64,000 bases of DNA from Eledone cirrhosa (GCA_964016885.1 OZ024742.1:109244001-109308000), one strand, 5' to 3'. Positions 12,401 through 27,145 are shown, counted from the first letter of the stretch. The notes: generated from the letters alone by a model not told the origin. Numbers and translations are program-made.

Positions 12401-14592
12401 ACTGGCAGCAGAATGGGAGTATTCCCAGTTCTGTGAGCAGGGGAGTGGTGACGCTGATAAGGAAAGACGAGAACAAGAGGGATACATTAGACAACTTCAG
12501 GCCCATAACTCTGCTCAACACAGAGTTTAAGTTTTTGGTCAAGGTGTTAGCAAGAGATTGGCGCTTGTCGTCGAGGATTTGGTTGGGGAGGCGCAAACTT
12601 GCGCAATCCCAGCCAGGTCCATACACGACAATCTCCACCTCATGCGATACATCATAGAGAGGGTAAGGTGGGGGCACTGATCAATTTAGATCAATCGAAA
12701 GCATTCGATATGGTCGACCATCGGTATCTGGAGTTTGTCCTCAAAGCGGCTGGCTTCAGGCCTGTCTTCAGAAGCTGGATCGCTGCAATGCATAGCGGCA
12801 CACGCTCGGTGGTCAAGGTTAATGGCCACCTCTCTGAACCATTTCGGCTCTCCCGAACGGTCGGTCAAGGGTGCCCTCCCTCTTCCCTTCTGTACGTATT
12901 GACTCTCGAGCCTTTACTGTGGAAGATGGAGCTGTTGCAGGGCATCCCGCTCGAACCGGGATGTGGAAAGGCGGTGTCGGCTTATGCGGACGACATCACC
13001 GTGATCGTGTCGGACACCTCAGAAATCGAGGTGGTTGGCACCTTATTGAAGGAATATGAAAGGTTGACAGGAGCCAAACTTAACCCGGAAAATTCGGTGG
13101 GCTTGCAGCTCGGAACCTGAAGAGGCAAGCCTATGCCGTCCAACAGCGTCGTGGGGCGCTGGACGGACCGATAAAGTTGCTCGGGGTTTGGTTCGGACTA
13201 GACCTCCAAGTGGAAAAGAATTGGGACGAAGTAACGACCAGAGTAGCCAATCTCACCCCAAAATGGGCTGGGAGGAAGCTATCACTGAAAGGTCGCGCGG
13301 AGGTGGCGAATGCGTACATCGTGTCCGTCATCTACTACCGCCTGACCGTCGTGCCTTGCCTCCGTCCGCGCCTCGTCAAGTTGGAACGGCTCCTCTTCAA
13401 ATTCTTGTGGAGGGGACAAGTTCCGTTGATGAGGCGGTCCATCGGAGGGCTGGGCATGCCGTGGCTAATGATGCCCAGACATGCGTTGAGGCTGCGACAT
13501 CCCCAGATATTCTGCCTAAACGGTGAACAGGTGTGGTCGCCGTTTATCAGACGGGCCTTTTCGTAGCTCGTTTCTTTGACTGAGCTGCACTCCTGGGCTA
13601 AGAAGAGACCAAGACTGGGTGACTGGCACCTGGAATGTTGCCAGGCACTCACTGCCCTCTATCAAGCCGGCAATGCTATCAGGGGAACTTCCACTTTCGA
13701 GTTCTATAGAGGATTAGTGGTGGGCAAGTGCGATGACGCACTCGGAGAAGCTTTGGGCCTCGACGAAGTTGAACTGACCCGTCTGGACCGGAGGACTTTC
13801 GAGCCGGAGACGATGGACAATTTCCAGAAATCCCTCGCTTGGCAGTGCTACCGGGGGGCACTGCCGGTTCGGGATAAACTCTACAGGCACGGAAGTGCTG
13901 TCTGACGGACCTGCCCATGATGTGCACAGAACGACGAAACCGTTCTGCACGCACTTGTCCAATGTCCGTGCATTACTGACTTGTGGAGTTATGTCGAACA
14001 GCTACTGTCGCGGGTGGAACGAATCCGGCTATCGGCCGAGTCCATAGTGAAGATCGACCTGCCACCTTCCTTAGGTCAGGAAGAACAGGAAATTTTCTTC
14101 TACCTGATGGCCGTTGCGAAAGAGATTATATGGTGGACCAGATTAAAAGGACTGAAGACAGACACTTTTCTCTTCGGCCAATCCCTCATCAACTTCTTCA
14201 AGTTTCACCTGGAAAGGAGGGTGAGGGTGGAGAGAGAAGTACATTTTATAAAAGGTGAATGAATGTGAATAGGCCTACTCTGACCATGCGCCTATATGCT
14301 AGCTAACTTGAGGAGAGGAGTGCTCTCCCTGGGTGCCCTAGAAGCGCAGGATGGTTCAGGATTGGTGGGGTACCTGAGTCACCCCAGGGTCGTCCACCCT
14401 ATCGGGGAATTTATTTTGTTATATTTATGCATAGTTTATTTTATATTTTTTACATCTACATTGTTAAATTAGTCTTGCCATTGTGCATTTTACTCGACCT
14501 TATTGTAAACCCCCACTGTTCCTGTCTTTGTATTGTCCCCTACATGTCGACCCTTGTGGCTAATAAATGAAATCATTATTATTATTATTATT
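9484..14592 (+). mobile_element. Tx1/L1-clade LINE copy C (related but distinct family), degenerate
   Basis: ORF1 remnant with CFVCGEATHLQAFC knuckle ending at 10933; ORF2 ~10963-14280 with APE/RT/zinc motifs and many lesions; different UTRs; (ATT)n on both sides. Confidence 0.9.
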
Positions 14593-14800
14593 CCTGAGAG
14601 GGTCGTGCGGACAGAGTCCTCAAACACTTCCCCCAGCGAGTCCTGTCAGAAGCAACCGTCTCCAACTGATGCGACTGGATCCCCAAAACGTGACCAGCCA
14701 AGCTCGTGGATGTTATCAAACCATCTTGTTCGAGGTCTACCCCTGGGTCTCCTACCTGTTGGTCTTACTCGTAAAATATGTCCAGCGAGGAATCGAACTT
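14593..14800 (-). mobile_element. RTE-clade LINE 3' end
   Basis: Minus strand GRRPRGRPRTRW then ..VASDRTRW..; its TAA tail is shared tail-to-tail with copy C. Confidence 0.7.
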
Positions 14801-14855
14801 AATAAATATATTCGTGATTACAAGGTATCTACTAGGCCAAAAACATTTACTACTT

Positions 14856-15242
14856 AATTGTTACTATTTTAGGCACAAGGCCAGCAACTACCCAGTACAT
14901 TACTGGTACTTTATTTTATCGACCCCGTAAGGATGAAAGGCAAAGTTAACCTCGGCAGGATTTGAACTCAGATCATAAAGGGACGTAACTCTATGCTACA
15001 AAGCATGGCGTCCGACCCTCTACCGATACTGCCAATCCACGCCCTCACATTTACTACATAATTGTTTCTACTTTAGGCACAAGGCCAGCAATTATCCAGT
15101 GCATTACTGGTACTTTATTTTATCGACCCCGTAAAGATGAAAGGCAAAGTCAACCTCGGCGGGATTTGAACTCAAATCGTAAAGGGACGTAACTATGCTG
15201 GAAAGCATGGCTTCCGACCCTCTACCGATACTGCCAATCCAC
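14856..15242 (-). mobile_element. Two tandem tRNA-derived SINEs (family S1)
   Basis: A box TGGCAGTATCGG, B box GAGTTCAAATCC, central GCCTTTCATCCTTACGGGGTCGATAAAATAAAGTACCAG (Meta-domain-like, inference); copies 14856-15040 and 15060-15242 with a ttactac(a/t)taat duplication. Confidence 0.85.
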
Positions 15243-15607
15243 TTACTACATAATGACATTCATTAATATAAACACAGATATACAAACTAATGTGTTAAAC
15301 TAAAAATGTCGATGTCAGACTACTGAATAAAAATATTTTTTTCTGATTTAGAATCAAACAATTGCCAAGTAGATTAATCATGAATTTTATTCTTCTGTAA
15401 TTACAAAACACACATTAGTGTCTAGGAGGAAATAGTGTTCTTTTTTCTATATATTCTAGATGAATGTGTATTGACAAATGATGTGTGTATGGATAGTTAT
15501 ATGGATGTATGTATGTAGAATATATGCATAACAATTCATGAGTCAATATATTTATTTGTATATGTATGTATATATATATTTATTTATTATACATATATAT
15601 ATATATA

Positions 15608-15696
<89 letters not shown>

Positions 15697-15708
15697 GATA
15701 TGTATCTG

Positions 15709-15798
<90 letters not shown>

Positions 15799-15808
15799 TA
15801 TATATATA

Positions 15809-16548
<740 letters not shown>

Positions 16549-16550
16549 TA

Positions 16551-17078
16551 TAATAATAATAATAATGAAATTATTGTGTACAGTGCTCAGGTGCACTACA
16601 ACTCATCAAAGGTGCATGTATAGTACATAGAATAATGTACAAATGTCAGGAAAACAAACAGTGTATGAGTCATGATATAATAACAATAACAATAATGAAA
16701 TATTGTGTACAGTGCCCAGGTGCACCACAACTCATCAAAAAAGTGCATGTACAGTACATAGGGCAATGCACAAACATCAGTAAAATGAACAGTGCACGAG
16801 TCATGATACACACATGTGTGCATGCGTATGGAAGGGGCACATCAGGTGTAGTTTTGGCGTATTTCGGGAAGCATGAGTGTCTTAAAGGATGCAGTGTCTC
16901 GGCAGCTAACAATTGACGCAGGCAGTTTGTTCCATGCTTCAGCAACTCTGAGCGTGAAAAAATGTCTGCGAAAGTTATGGGAGCTGTGCTGTTTTCTTAT
17001 CTTGTAAGCATGTCCACGTGTGTTAGACACATGGAGATCAAAGAGGCGCTCAGGGTTGCAGTTGGCGAGATGGTTAAT
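16551..17078 (-). mobile_element. CR1/L2-group LINE 3' end with duplicated 3' UTR segment
   Basis: TRGHAYKI..RRHFFTLRVAEAWNKLP..SFK C-terminal motif (16842-17030); ~130-bp tandem duplication 16561-16810; TTA tail. Confidence 0.75.
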
Positions 17079-17126
17079 ATTTATTTATTTACACATGTAT
17101 ATATATATATGCATATTTATACATAC

Positions 17127-17148
17127 ATAAATACATATATGCACGTAC

Positions 17149-17189
<41 letters not shown>

Positions 17190-19502
17190 CAGATACATAT
17201 CTATTGTCTCTCTCCCTCTTTCTGTGTTATATTTTACAAGCTGTCCATATGTCTTTTGTGTTTTATTGTAATTGAGATTTTATGATCAAACTAATTGGAG
17301 AAACAAAAGGACAAAAAAAAGAAAAAAACTCAAACGAAGAATAAACATATAGTACACACACACACACACACACGATCCGGTCTTTGGTGGACCACGACGG
17401 GCGCAAGCTACTCGATCCCGGGCAAATGTGTGAAGCTTTTCAGTGACACTTCGCTCAACTGTTCGGGGGCAGTGGCGGGCCGGATCAAGGGATGGACTTT
17501 AGTGTCTACCTCGACGGACTGCCGCGGCTCTCGGCCACTGAGGCGGAGTGTTGCGAAAAGCCGATAACAGCCGCTGAAGTACGGGAGGCAATGACTGGTT
17601 GCACAAGGGGTAAATCGCCTGGTTTGGATGGTCTGAACTATGAACTTTACGTAAAAATTCCAGACTTGTTCGGAGGCCTCTTGGCGGACGTCTACTGCAA
17701 CTGGCAACAGAACGGGAGAATTCCCAGCTCTGTGAGCCGAGGAGCGGTGACGCTGCTGAGAAAGGATCAGAACAAGGGGGATAACATAGATAATTTTAGG
17801 CCCATAACTCTGCTAAACACAGAGTTCAAGATTTTGGCCAAGATGCTAGCAAAGAGGTTGGCGCTTGTCGTTGGTGGTCTGGTGGGAGAGGCGCAGACAT
17901 GCGCCATTCCCGACAGATCCATCCACGACAACCTCCACCTCATGCGATACATCGTAGAGAGGGTAGCTAGGGAACCTGGCACGGGTGGGTCTTTGATCAA
18001 TTTAGATCAGTCGAAAGCCTTCGATAGGGTCGACCATCGTTACCTAGCGGCAGTCATGAGGGCGGCTGGCTTTGGGCCCGTCTTCAGAGGCTGGATCGCT
18101 GCCATGCACAGCGACATCTGCTCTGTAGTGAGAGTGAACGGTCACCTTTCGGAACCGTTCAACATCATGCGCTCGGTCCGCCAAGGATGTCCCCTCTCGT
18201 CCCTATTGTACGTATTGACTCTCGAGCCATTACTGCACAAACTGGAGACGTTGAGGAGGGTACCGCGCGAACTAGGATGCGGAAGATCCGTGTCAGCATA
18301 TGCGGACGATGTCACCGTAGTGGTGTCGAACGCCAAACACATCGAGACGATCGGCACTACACTAAGAGAATACGAAGCGGTGACAGGAGCAATGATCAAC
18401 CAGGAAAAGTCAGTGGGCCTGCAGCTCGGCACCTGGAGAGGCAGGTCCATGCCGTCCAACAGCGTCGTCGGGCGCTGGACGGACGGACGGACCGGTTAAA
18501 TTGTTAGGGGTCTGGTTCGGTCCAGACCTCCAGACGGACAAAAACTGGGACGAGGTGACGAGCAGGGTGGCTTCTCTCACCCAGAAATGGGCCGAGAGGA
18601 AGCTATCCCTGAAATGTCGAGCGGAGGTGGCTAACTCGTACATCGCGTCCGTCATCTACTACCGCCTGACCTAAGCCCCGCCTGACTGCGCTGGAGCGTT
18701 TGCTCTTTCGCTTTTTGTGGAAGGGACGCGCTCCGATGGTCAGGTGGTCCATCTGCTGTCAACACCCGCTACGTGGAGGGCTGGGCATGCTGTGGCTGAT
18801 GATGCGCAGACACGCGCTCAGGCTGGGACATCTCCACCTCTTCCTCGACGGTGATCAGGTGTGGTCGCCGTTTGCTAGACGCGTCTTTCCCCAGCTCGTC
18901 TCCTTGACGGAGCTGCAGTCCTGGGTCAAGCGAAGACCAAGAGAGAGCGCTTGGAGACTGGAATGTCTTCAGGCGCTGACAGCCCTCGACCAATTGGGCA
19001 ATGTGATTGGTGGAAACTCCACCTTGGCGTTCTATAGAGGATTAGTGGAGGGGAAGAGCGTCGACGAAAATCAACTAGCCAATCTCTTCGGACGGACTTT
19101 CGGGCCGGGGCCTATGGACAACTTCCAGGAATCCCTGGCCTGGCAGTGCTACCGTGGAGCTTTGCCAATTCGGGATAAACTCTACAGGCATGGAGGTGCC
19201 GTCAGCCGGGCATGTCCGAGATGCGCGCAGGGCGACGAAACTGTCCTGCACGCACTCGTCCAGTGTCCGAGCATTGCTGACTTGTGGGTTTATGTCGAAC
19301 ACCTGCTGTCACGTGTAGGACGGATCCAGCTATCAGCTGAGTCCATCGTGAGGATTGCCCCGCCCCCTTCCTTTAGCCGGGAAGGGCAGGCAGTTTGTAT
19401 CTGTCTGGTGGCCATGGCGAAAGAGATAGTATGGTGGACACGTTTGAAAGGGCTGAAGACGAGCACTTGCCTCTTCGGTGATAAATACATATATGCACGT
19501 AC

Positions 19503-19543
<41 letters not shown>

Positions 19544-19710
19544 CAGATACATATCTATTGTCTCTCTCCCTCTTTCTGTGTTATATTTTACAAGCTGTCC
19601 ATATGTCTTTTGTGTTTTATTGTAATTGAGATTTTATGATCAAACTAATTGGAGAAACAAAAGGACAAAAAAAAGAAAAAAACTCAAACGAAGAATAAAC
19701 ATATAGTACA

Positions 19711-19728
<18 letters not shown>
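17127..19728. repeat. 248-bp direct repeats flanking the copied segment
   Basis: 17127-17374 equals 19481-19728 (offset 2354). Confidence 0.9.
17371..19482 (+). mobile_element. Apparently exact copy of internal segment 1781-3892 of LINE copy A
   Basis: Constant offset 15590; identical ORF translations and the same inactivating lesions; no 3' UTR or tail. Confidence 0.92.
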
Positions 19729-19741
<13 letters not shown>

Positions 19742-19920
19742 GCGCATAAATATATATATACATACACATACACGCATACAAATATATATATACATACATA
19801 TACTGTATATATATATGTGTATATATATATATACATTTATATATATATTTATATATGTACACACACACACTCACAATACACCCACACACCCACACACACT
19901 ATATATATATATATATATAT

Positions 19921-19981
<61 letters not shown>

Positions 19982-19984
<3 letters not shown>

Positions 19985-20182
19985 TTTATTTTATAGAAGG
20001 AGCTTCTACAGGACTAGTACTGTTTCATTCAGATGAAATCTTCAGGAGCTTCCTGAAGATTTCATCTGAATGAAACAGTACTAGTCCTGTAGAAGCTCCT
20101 TCTATAAAATAAAAAATTTTACTCTGCCATGTATTGAGTACCTTACTTACTGTGGTTATCCCCGACTCAACCCGGGACCTAC

Positions 20183-20183
<1 letters not shown>
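19982..20183 (+). mobile_element. Fold-back PLE pLTR-type mini-element in (TA)n
   Basis: Perfect palindrome ~19982-20116 centred at 20048-20050 plus a unique 3' tail. Confidence 0.8.
20045..20099 (+). ncRNA. Type I hammerhead ribozyme
   Basis: ggagcttc CTGAAGA t-ttca-tc-tgaa-t GAAA cag-tactagtc-ctg TA gaagctcc. Confidence 0.85.
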
Positions 20184-20258
<75 letters not shown>

Positions 20259-20689
20259 GGATCTGTCGTGAAATGCTTCAGCCATGGGTATGGCATGGAA
20301 TGTATGTATGTATGTATGTATGTACGAATGCATGTATATATGTATGTATGCATGTATATATGTATGTATGCATATATGTATGAATGCACTTATGTATGTA
20401 TGTATGTATGTATGTATGTATGTATGTATGTATGTATGTGTGTGTGCATCTTATGTATGTATGTATGCATCTTATGTATGTATGTATGTATATATTTTCT
20501 TATATATATGTAATTGATTATTTGGTATTGCTAATGCTATTGTTGTTGTTATCAGCTGCGACATTAACGTGGCAACATGGGGAATGATAAACGACAAAAG
20601 TTATCGTTCTTGAACTCTTCATTGTCAGTATTTGTGTTTCGATGAAACCAAGAAGTCTGCATGAATGCGCTGATATGTCGTTAGAGCAA

Positions 20690-21480
20690 GATGGTGCGTA
20701 TGTGTGTATTGTGGAGTGTGTGTGTTTGTTGGTGTGTGTATATTGATGTATGTGTGTTGGTATAGATGTGTGTTTGTTGGTGTATGTATATAGATGTGTT
20801 TGTTGGTGTATGTATATAGATGTATGTGTGTGTTGGTCGGTTTATGTATATAGATGTGTTTGTTGCTGTATGTATATAGATGTGTGTATTGTGGAGTGTG
20901 TGTGTTTGTTGGTGTGTGTATATTGATGTGTGTGTGTTGGTGTATGTATAGAGATGTGTGTGTGTTGATGTATATATATATATATATATAAATGTGTGTG
21001 TGTGTTGGTGTATGTATAGAGATGTGTGTGTGTGTGTTGATGTGTATTATAGTTGATGTGCAATGTGGTGTGTGTATGTGTTGAGGTGTATTGTGGTATG
21101 TGTTGATTGTGTGTTGGTGTGTGTTGGAGTGTGTATTGAGGTATGTGTGGTGTGTGTTGGAGTGTGTATGTTGGTGTGTATTGAGGTGTGTGTTGGTGTG
21201 TGTTGGAGTGTGTATGTTGGTGTGTGTTGAGGTATGTGTGGTGTGTGTTGGAGTGTGTATGTTGGTGTGTATTGAGGTATGTGTGGTGTGTGTTGGATTG
21301 TGTATGTTGGTGTGTATTGAGATGTGTGTGGTGTGTGTTGGATTGTGTATGTTGGTGTGTATTGAGGTGTGTGTTGGTGTGTGTTGGAGTGTGTATGTTG
21401 GTGTGTATTGAGGTATGTGTGGTGTGTGTTGGATTGTGTATGTTGGTGTGTATTGAGATGTGTGTGGTGTATTGGTGTCT
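20690..21480. repeat. TG-rich minisatellite (~39-45-bp units)
   Basis: Recurrent gtgtgttggagtgtgtatgttggtgtgtattgaggtat. Confidence 0.8.
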
Positions 21481-21794
21481 ACTTGAGTGCCTAGAAATGT
21501 CATTAGAACAGGAGATATGATCATCAGAGAAGGGAATGGAGGCACTGAGGTATGTGGCTGTGTGTATGTGTTTTAATATGGGTTACTGAGTATATCTGTG
21601 TGTATTGGTATGTGTTGGGGTGTGGCAAGATGGATGTCGCCTGTTTATCGTTTCTGTCTGTTCTAATGTGTAAACGGTGATTATGTGCACGCCTCTATAT
21701 GTGTATGTATGATTCATAACTGAAACATTTATACCACTGTAGTTGCCAGACACACATATGCATACACAATATATACATATATACATACAGAGAA

Positions 21795-21852
<58 letters not shown>

Positions 21853-21868
21853 GCATGTATATACATAC

Positions 21869-21917
<49 letters not shown>

Positions 21918-22031
21918 CAGTCTTGTATATATATATACATAAAACACATATATATACACATACATGTATATATATACATATACTCATACATACATGCATG
22001 CATATGTATTAAATATGGTGGGCTCGTCAAC

Positions 22032-22097
<66 letters not shown>

Positions 22098-22605
22098 TTA
22101 TATAAACACTATTAGTCTAATTAGATAGAAAGCAATCTATTTCAAGCTCCACAAATTCCACTCCTAAATTTTCGGAAAAAGAAAAAAAAGCACATCAACA
22201 ACTGTTAATGAAAAACATAACAAAGCGAAAGCAACAGTTCGACATGAATGAAAAATGGAGTAAAAGCTAGAGACACAGAGAGAGGAAGACATATATGAAA
22301 GACAGGCAAAAACCTATATAGCTTTGTAGTTAAGCATATTCCTTTATAACCCCGTGGTTCTTGCTTCCATACTACATATCACGTTTTATTTTGTGCGTGT
22401 GTATGTATATCTTTATATCTCTCTCTCTCTCCCTCTCCCCCCTCTGTCTCTCTCTCTACGTCTCTCTTTATAGATATATATATATAGAGAGAGAGAGACA
22501 GACAGACAGACAGAGAGAGAGACAGCGAGAGAGAGAGACAGAGAGAGAGAGAGACAGAGACAAGGAGAGAGAGAGACAGAGAGAGAGAGATAAAGATATA
22601 CATAC

Positions 22606-22666
<61 letters not shown>

Positions 22667-22770
22667 CATTTCATTTCATTTCATTTTACGTCCGCTTTTC
22701 CCTGCTTGCATTTACAGTGAGTGCTGGGTGCTTTTTTGCCGTGGCACCTCTACGACCACTTTACAGTGGA

Positions 22771-23247
<477 letters not shown>

Positions 23248-23303
23248 AATCAGGCAAGAAGAGTGACATGGTTTGCTATACAAAAAAGGTTTTTAATCTC
23301 ATT

Positions 23304-23409
23304 GCTGACAGTTGTTTCTCTGAACTGGTAGATGTAGAGATCGCTATCAGCTTATTTTCACGTTACTCGATCGCCAATACAAAGTTATAACCAGTCAGTT
23401 CATCGGAGC
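23304..23409 (-). ncRNA. Type I hammerhead, U4C variant with long stem II, in a 200-bp insert (23245-23444)
   Basis: gct CCGATGA a-ctga-ctggt...accag-t-tcag-a GAAA caactg TC agc. Confidence 0.65.
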
Positions 23410-23443
23410 TTGTGGACTACCTATAACAATAATTTGTTGCCTC

Positions 23444-23533
<90 letters not shown>

Positions 23534-23901
23534 GGTAAACAGAAATAACAACACAATCGGTACAGTATATGGAAGGAATATATTAGGTTAACGCTTGAAA
23601 TAGCAGGAAGAGGGTCTTAACGTTTCTGACGCTAGTCTTTCATGAGAACAAAGAATGAGAAATAAGATAGATTGAAGGGACGGACGGGGTGTAATTGGAA
23701 AGTATGTCCTTAGATAAAAATAACAGGTCCATTCAGGCTGTATATATATATATATATATATTATATACCGGAACTTATATCTTCGTTGAGTGCTCCCTAT
23801 CCGCATACTGAAGTACTGGATTTTACCAACATTTACTTTCTTGCTTACCCCATGCTCCACACCCTGTTGAGCGCTTCATACAGTAGCGGACCGCAGCCAA
23901 T

Positions 23902-25105
23902 ATGAATAAACTCACCACTCTGGCATCCCTGAAGGACATCCCATTACCGGGTAAAAGAGAATACACAAGGAATCTCACTAAGAGTACTAACTCCCTAATA
24001 CGCAGGATGAGGTGAAGGGCTTACCACTTTGATAGAGGAAACCCCAATATTATTAACCAAAAAACCATGGAGTGCCTCTTCAGATCAAGAAGAACCCCCC
24101 CCCCCCTACAACAGACTATTGGAAGAGTTTGAGAACGAAATTATTGGCATTATTTCCAACATCAAGGTTGACTTTGCCTTTCATCCTTACGGGGTCGATA
24201 AAATAAAGTACCAGTAATGCACTGGGTAATTGCTGGCCTTGTGCCTAAAGTAGAAACAATTATTTCCAACATCAAATTTTCCGACCAACCATACCGGGGT
24301 CGAGAGTACCTTAGACGACTGGAAAAGGGAATTACCGAGCTTAAGGAATCTACAGGAATACTCGTCTATGCCGACAAACCCAACAACCTTTACAGCATGG
24401 ACGTTCAACTTTACCATGAACTAATCCTCAGGGAATTGAGAAAAAGCTACAAAAAAACACCCGAGGCCACCCTGGAGGATATCAACATCAAGGCTTATGA
24501 GATCGTTTCTGGTCTTGGTATAGATGATAGGACGGCCCCATACCAACCAAGGGAGCCGAGAATTACCATTAAGGACCACAAATCAAACTTCGAGTCTAAC
24601 CTGCCGGTCAGACTGATAGCCCCCTCCCGGTCAGACATGGGGGTTATTAGCAAAAGCATTTTAGATAGAATCCTGCCCACACTTAAGAGTAAAATAAGGT
24701 TACAACTCTGGTCCTGCACCAGCCAGGTGCTGGACTGGTTTACATTTTTACCTGAAAAACATACGACTAGCTTCATACAACTAGACATCAACAATTACTA
24801 CTCCTCTATCTCGCCCACTACTCTGAACAAAGCACTCATATTCGCGATGAATAGGACAGACCTAACACGCGACGAGGTCCGAATCATACACGCCGCCAGA
24901 AAGACCCTGATCCGATTCGGTGGAGACATATGGACCTGGAGCGAATGGCCAAATAATTTTGACATTACAATGGGCTCCAGTGGCTCCGCGCAGCTAACGG
25001 ACTTGGTTGGGATATACATACTCTACGAGATCAGGAGAGAAATACCCAACCTGGGCGGCGGGCTGTACCGAGACGAAGCACTCTTCACCGGATCCTCTAC
25101 TGGTT
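23902..25105 (+). pseudogene. Penelope-like element RT, N-terminal two-thirds (Nematis-like, inference)
   Basis: SLKDIPLP..LIRRMR*RAY, ADKPNNLY, TIKDHK, RLIAP, LDINNYYSSI, FDITMGS, GLYRDE; interrupted by a SINE; truncated after motif C. Confidence 0.85.
24166..24258 (+). mobile_element. 5'-truncated S1 SINE inserted in the PLE ORF
   Basis: 17-bp TSD attatttccaacatcaa at 24149-24165 and 24259-24275. Confidence 0.9.
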
Positions 25106-26041
25106 AGGAGTCATCTAAACAATGTTTTATTGAACCTGATTTTATATATATATGTATATATGTATCATATGTATATATATGTGTATTTTATATGTGTATG
25201 TATGCGTATTTTATGTATGTGTGCGTATCTGTATGTATATATTTTATATATATATATGTGTGTATGTGTGTGTGTATTTTTTTATATATATATATGTATG
25301 TTTTACGTGTGTATATATTTTGTGTGTGTGTGTATTCTATGTATATATATATTTTTTAAATATTTTTGTATGTATATATTTTATGTTCTGTGTATATATA
25401 TATATATATTATATATATATATGTGTATACTTGTGCGTACATGCATGCATGTATATATACACACACCTGTATGGATTTGTGTGTGTAGATGTGTGAGTGT
25501 TTCAGGGGATAGGTGTGAGTGTATGTACAAGTGAACCAGCATAAACCTTTTATTTCTAAATTTTCAAAACTATCTAAGTATTGGACTCTAACCATTATAT
25601 TAAGTATTACCACCCCACTTTTTGTATGTGTGGATGTGTGTCTGTGGAGGTGGGTGTGAGTGTAGTGCAAGCCAACCTACATAAGCCTTTTTATTTGTAA
25701 ACTTTCTACTCCAACCATAATTTTCAGTAGCACCACTCCACATAAATTCCTCAATTTAAGAATGACCTGTAGTATCTATTTCATACTATTTACCTTATTT
25801 GAAAATATATCTGACCAAGAATGCCTTTTGTGAAAATCAGTCATGTGGAACTATTGTCATCTTGCCTGACGATTTGAACCTACAGTCAAATACCAACCTA
25901 CTACCATCTACAAACTGACCAATGAGAATCAAGACTATTCCTGCTGACAACATCAAAGTATTCCTAACAAGCTCATATGTCCCAAGGCTCTGATACCATC
26001 AACACTATACACACAGAGCTGGCATATCTAAGAACTGACTA

Positions 26042-26097
26042 ACTGCCTGATGAGGTCATAGCCATTCAATGGCTATCATCGAAATATATATAGCAGT
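26042..26097 (+). ncRNA. Minimal type I hammerhead at the end of a pLTR-like region (25106-26143)
   Basis: actgc CTGATGA ggtc-atagccat-tca-atggctat-catc GAAA tatata TA gcagt; AATAAA follows, then (TA)n. Confidence 0.8.
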
Positions 26098-26139
26098 AAA
26101 TAAAAGATTATGAGTTCATGCAATTGACTTATGTTTCGC

Positions 26140-26259
<120 letters not shown>

Positions 26260-26365
26260 TATAGATAGATATACATATATATGCGTGTATTATTGACTTG
26301 CATGAGAAAAGGTACCCAATACAGGAGTAGATTTCTAATATTCATATAATGGCTAACACGTGAAA

Positions 26366-26415
26366 CTTGTTACTCTGGAATTTCACCTGCGCACTCGCAG
26401 GATCATCAGAGAAGA
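26366..26415 (-). ncRNA. Type I hammerhead
   Basis: cttct CTGATGA t-cctgcg-agtg-cgcagg-t GAAA ttc-ca-gag TA acaag. Confidence 0.7.
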
Positions 26416-26417
26416 CT

Positions 26418-26470
26418 GTCTTGCCTGAGGAATCTGAGAGTGCGGAGGTGAAACTCCAGAGTAACAAGGC
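26418..26470 (+). ncRNA. Type I hammerhead
   Basis: gtcttgc CTGAGGA atct..aggt GAAA ctc-ca-gag TA acaaggc. Confidence 0.7.
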
Positions 26471-26600
26471 TTACCATTTGGCCAACCATGCCACACACCA
26501 TTTTTTCAATTCTAATTGAAATGAATATAGAAATATACAAGTACTACACTTACAGAATCAGTGGTGTAGTGGCAATATTCAACAAAATAATTAGGGTTAT

Positions 26601-26725
<125 letters not shown>

Positions 26726-26774
26726 AGAGAGAGAAGGGTACGTCATAGCTTATTTGTAAAACTGTTATATATTG

Positions 26775-26839
26775 TATTTTGTCTGATGAAGGCATACCAT
26801 AATTTAATTTGGTATCCCTGAAATATGTATAATGAAATA
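26775..26839 (+). ncRNA. Minimal type I hammerhead
   Basis: tattttgt CTGATGA agg-c-atacca..tggtat-c-cct GAAA tatgta TA atgaaata (stem I pairs with two wobbles). Confidence 0.75.
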
Positions 26840-26974
26840 AATATGGTTTTATAAATGTAGTTTCCATTTATTAATATCGTATATATATATATATATTATG
26901 GAATTAGTTCGGTAATGGTATTCAAAGAATAGAGCAACTCGATTCTGTAGGAAGTGTTTTAATATAATTATTAA

Positions 26975-27145
26975 GGCCAGTTACTACAACGGCACAACAC
27001 CAAGACCGTACGTTTTGTTGAACCGGAAGGCCAACTAGTTCAACTGGATGGAAATTAACCGGAAAATCGGCACAGGCTGAACAAGTCGCCCCTAACGTCC
27101 AACGAAACGTACGTTGCTTGTATGGCGCCGTCGTAGTAACTAGCC
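26975..27145. mobile_element. 171-bp MITE with TTAA target duplication (Kolobok-like termini)
   Basis: ttaa|GGCCAGTTACTAC ... GTAGTAACTAGCC|ttaa with ~50-bp imperfect TIRs. Confidence 0.65.

Noticed and set aside
745-13962. Antisense and alternate-frame ORFs over the LINE ORF2s
   Set aside because: Shadows of GC-richer coding sequence; they recur only because the copies are homologous
20625-21545. 306-aa H/T-rich ORF
   Set aside because: Stop-free reading of a TG-rich minisatellite
23612-23650. HHR-like remnant on the minus strand (ATGAAAgac..gtcaGAAACGTT)
   Set aside because: Core and stem I too degenerate to call
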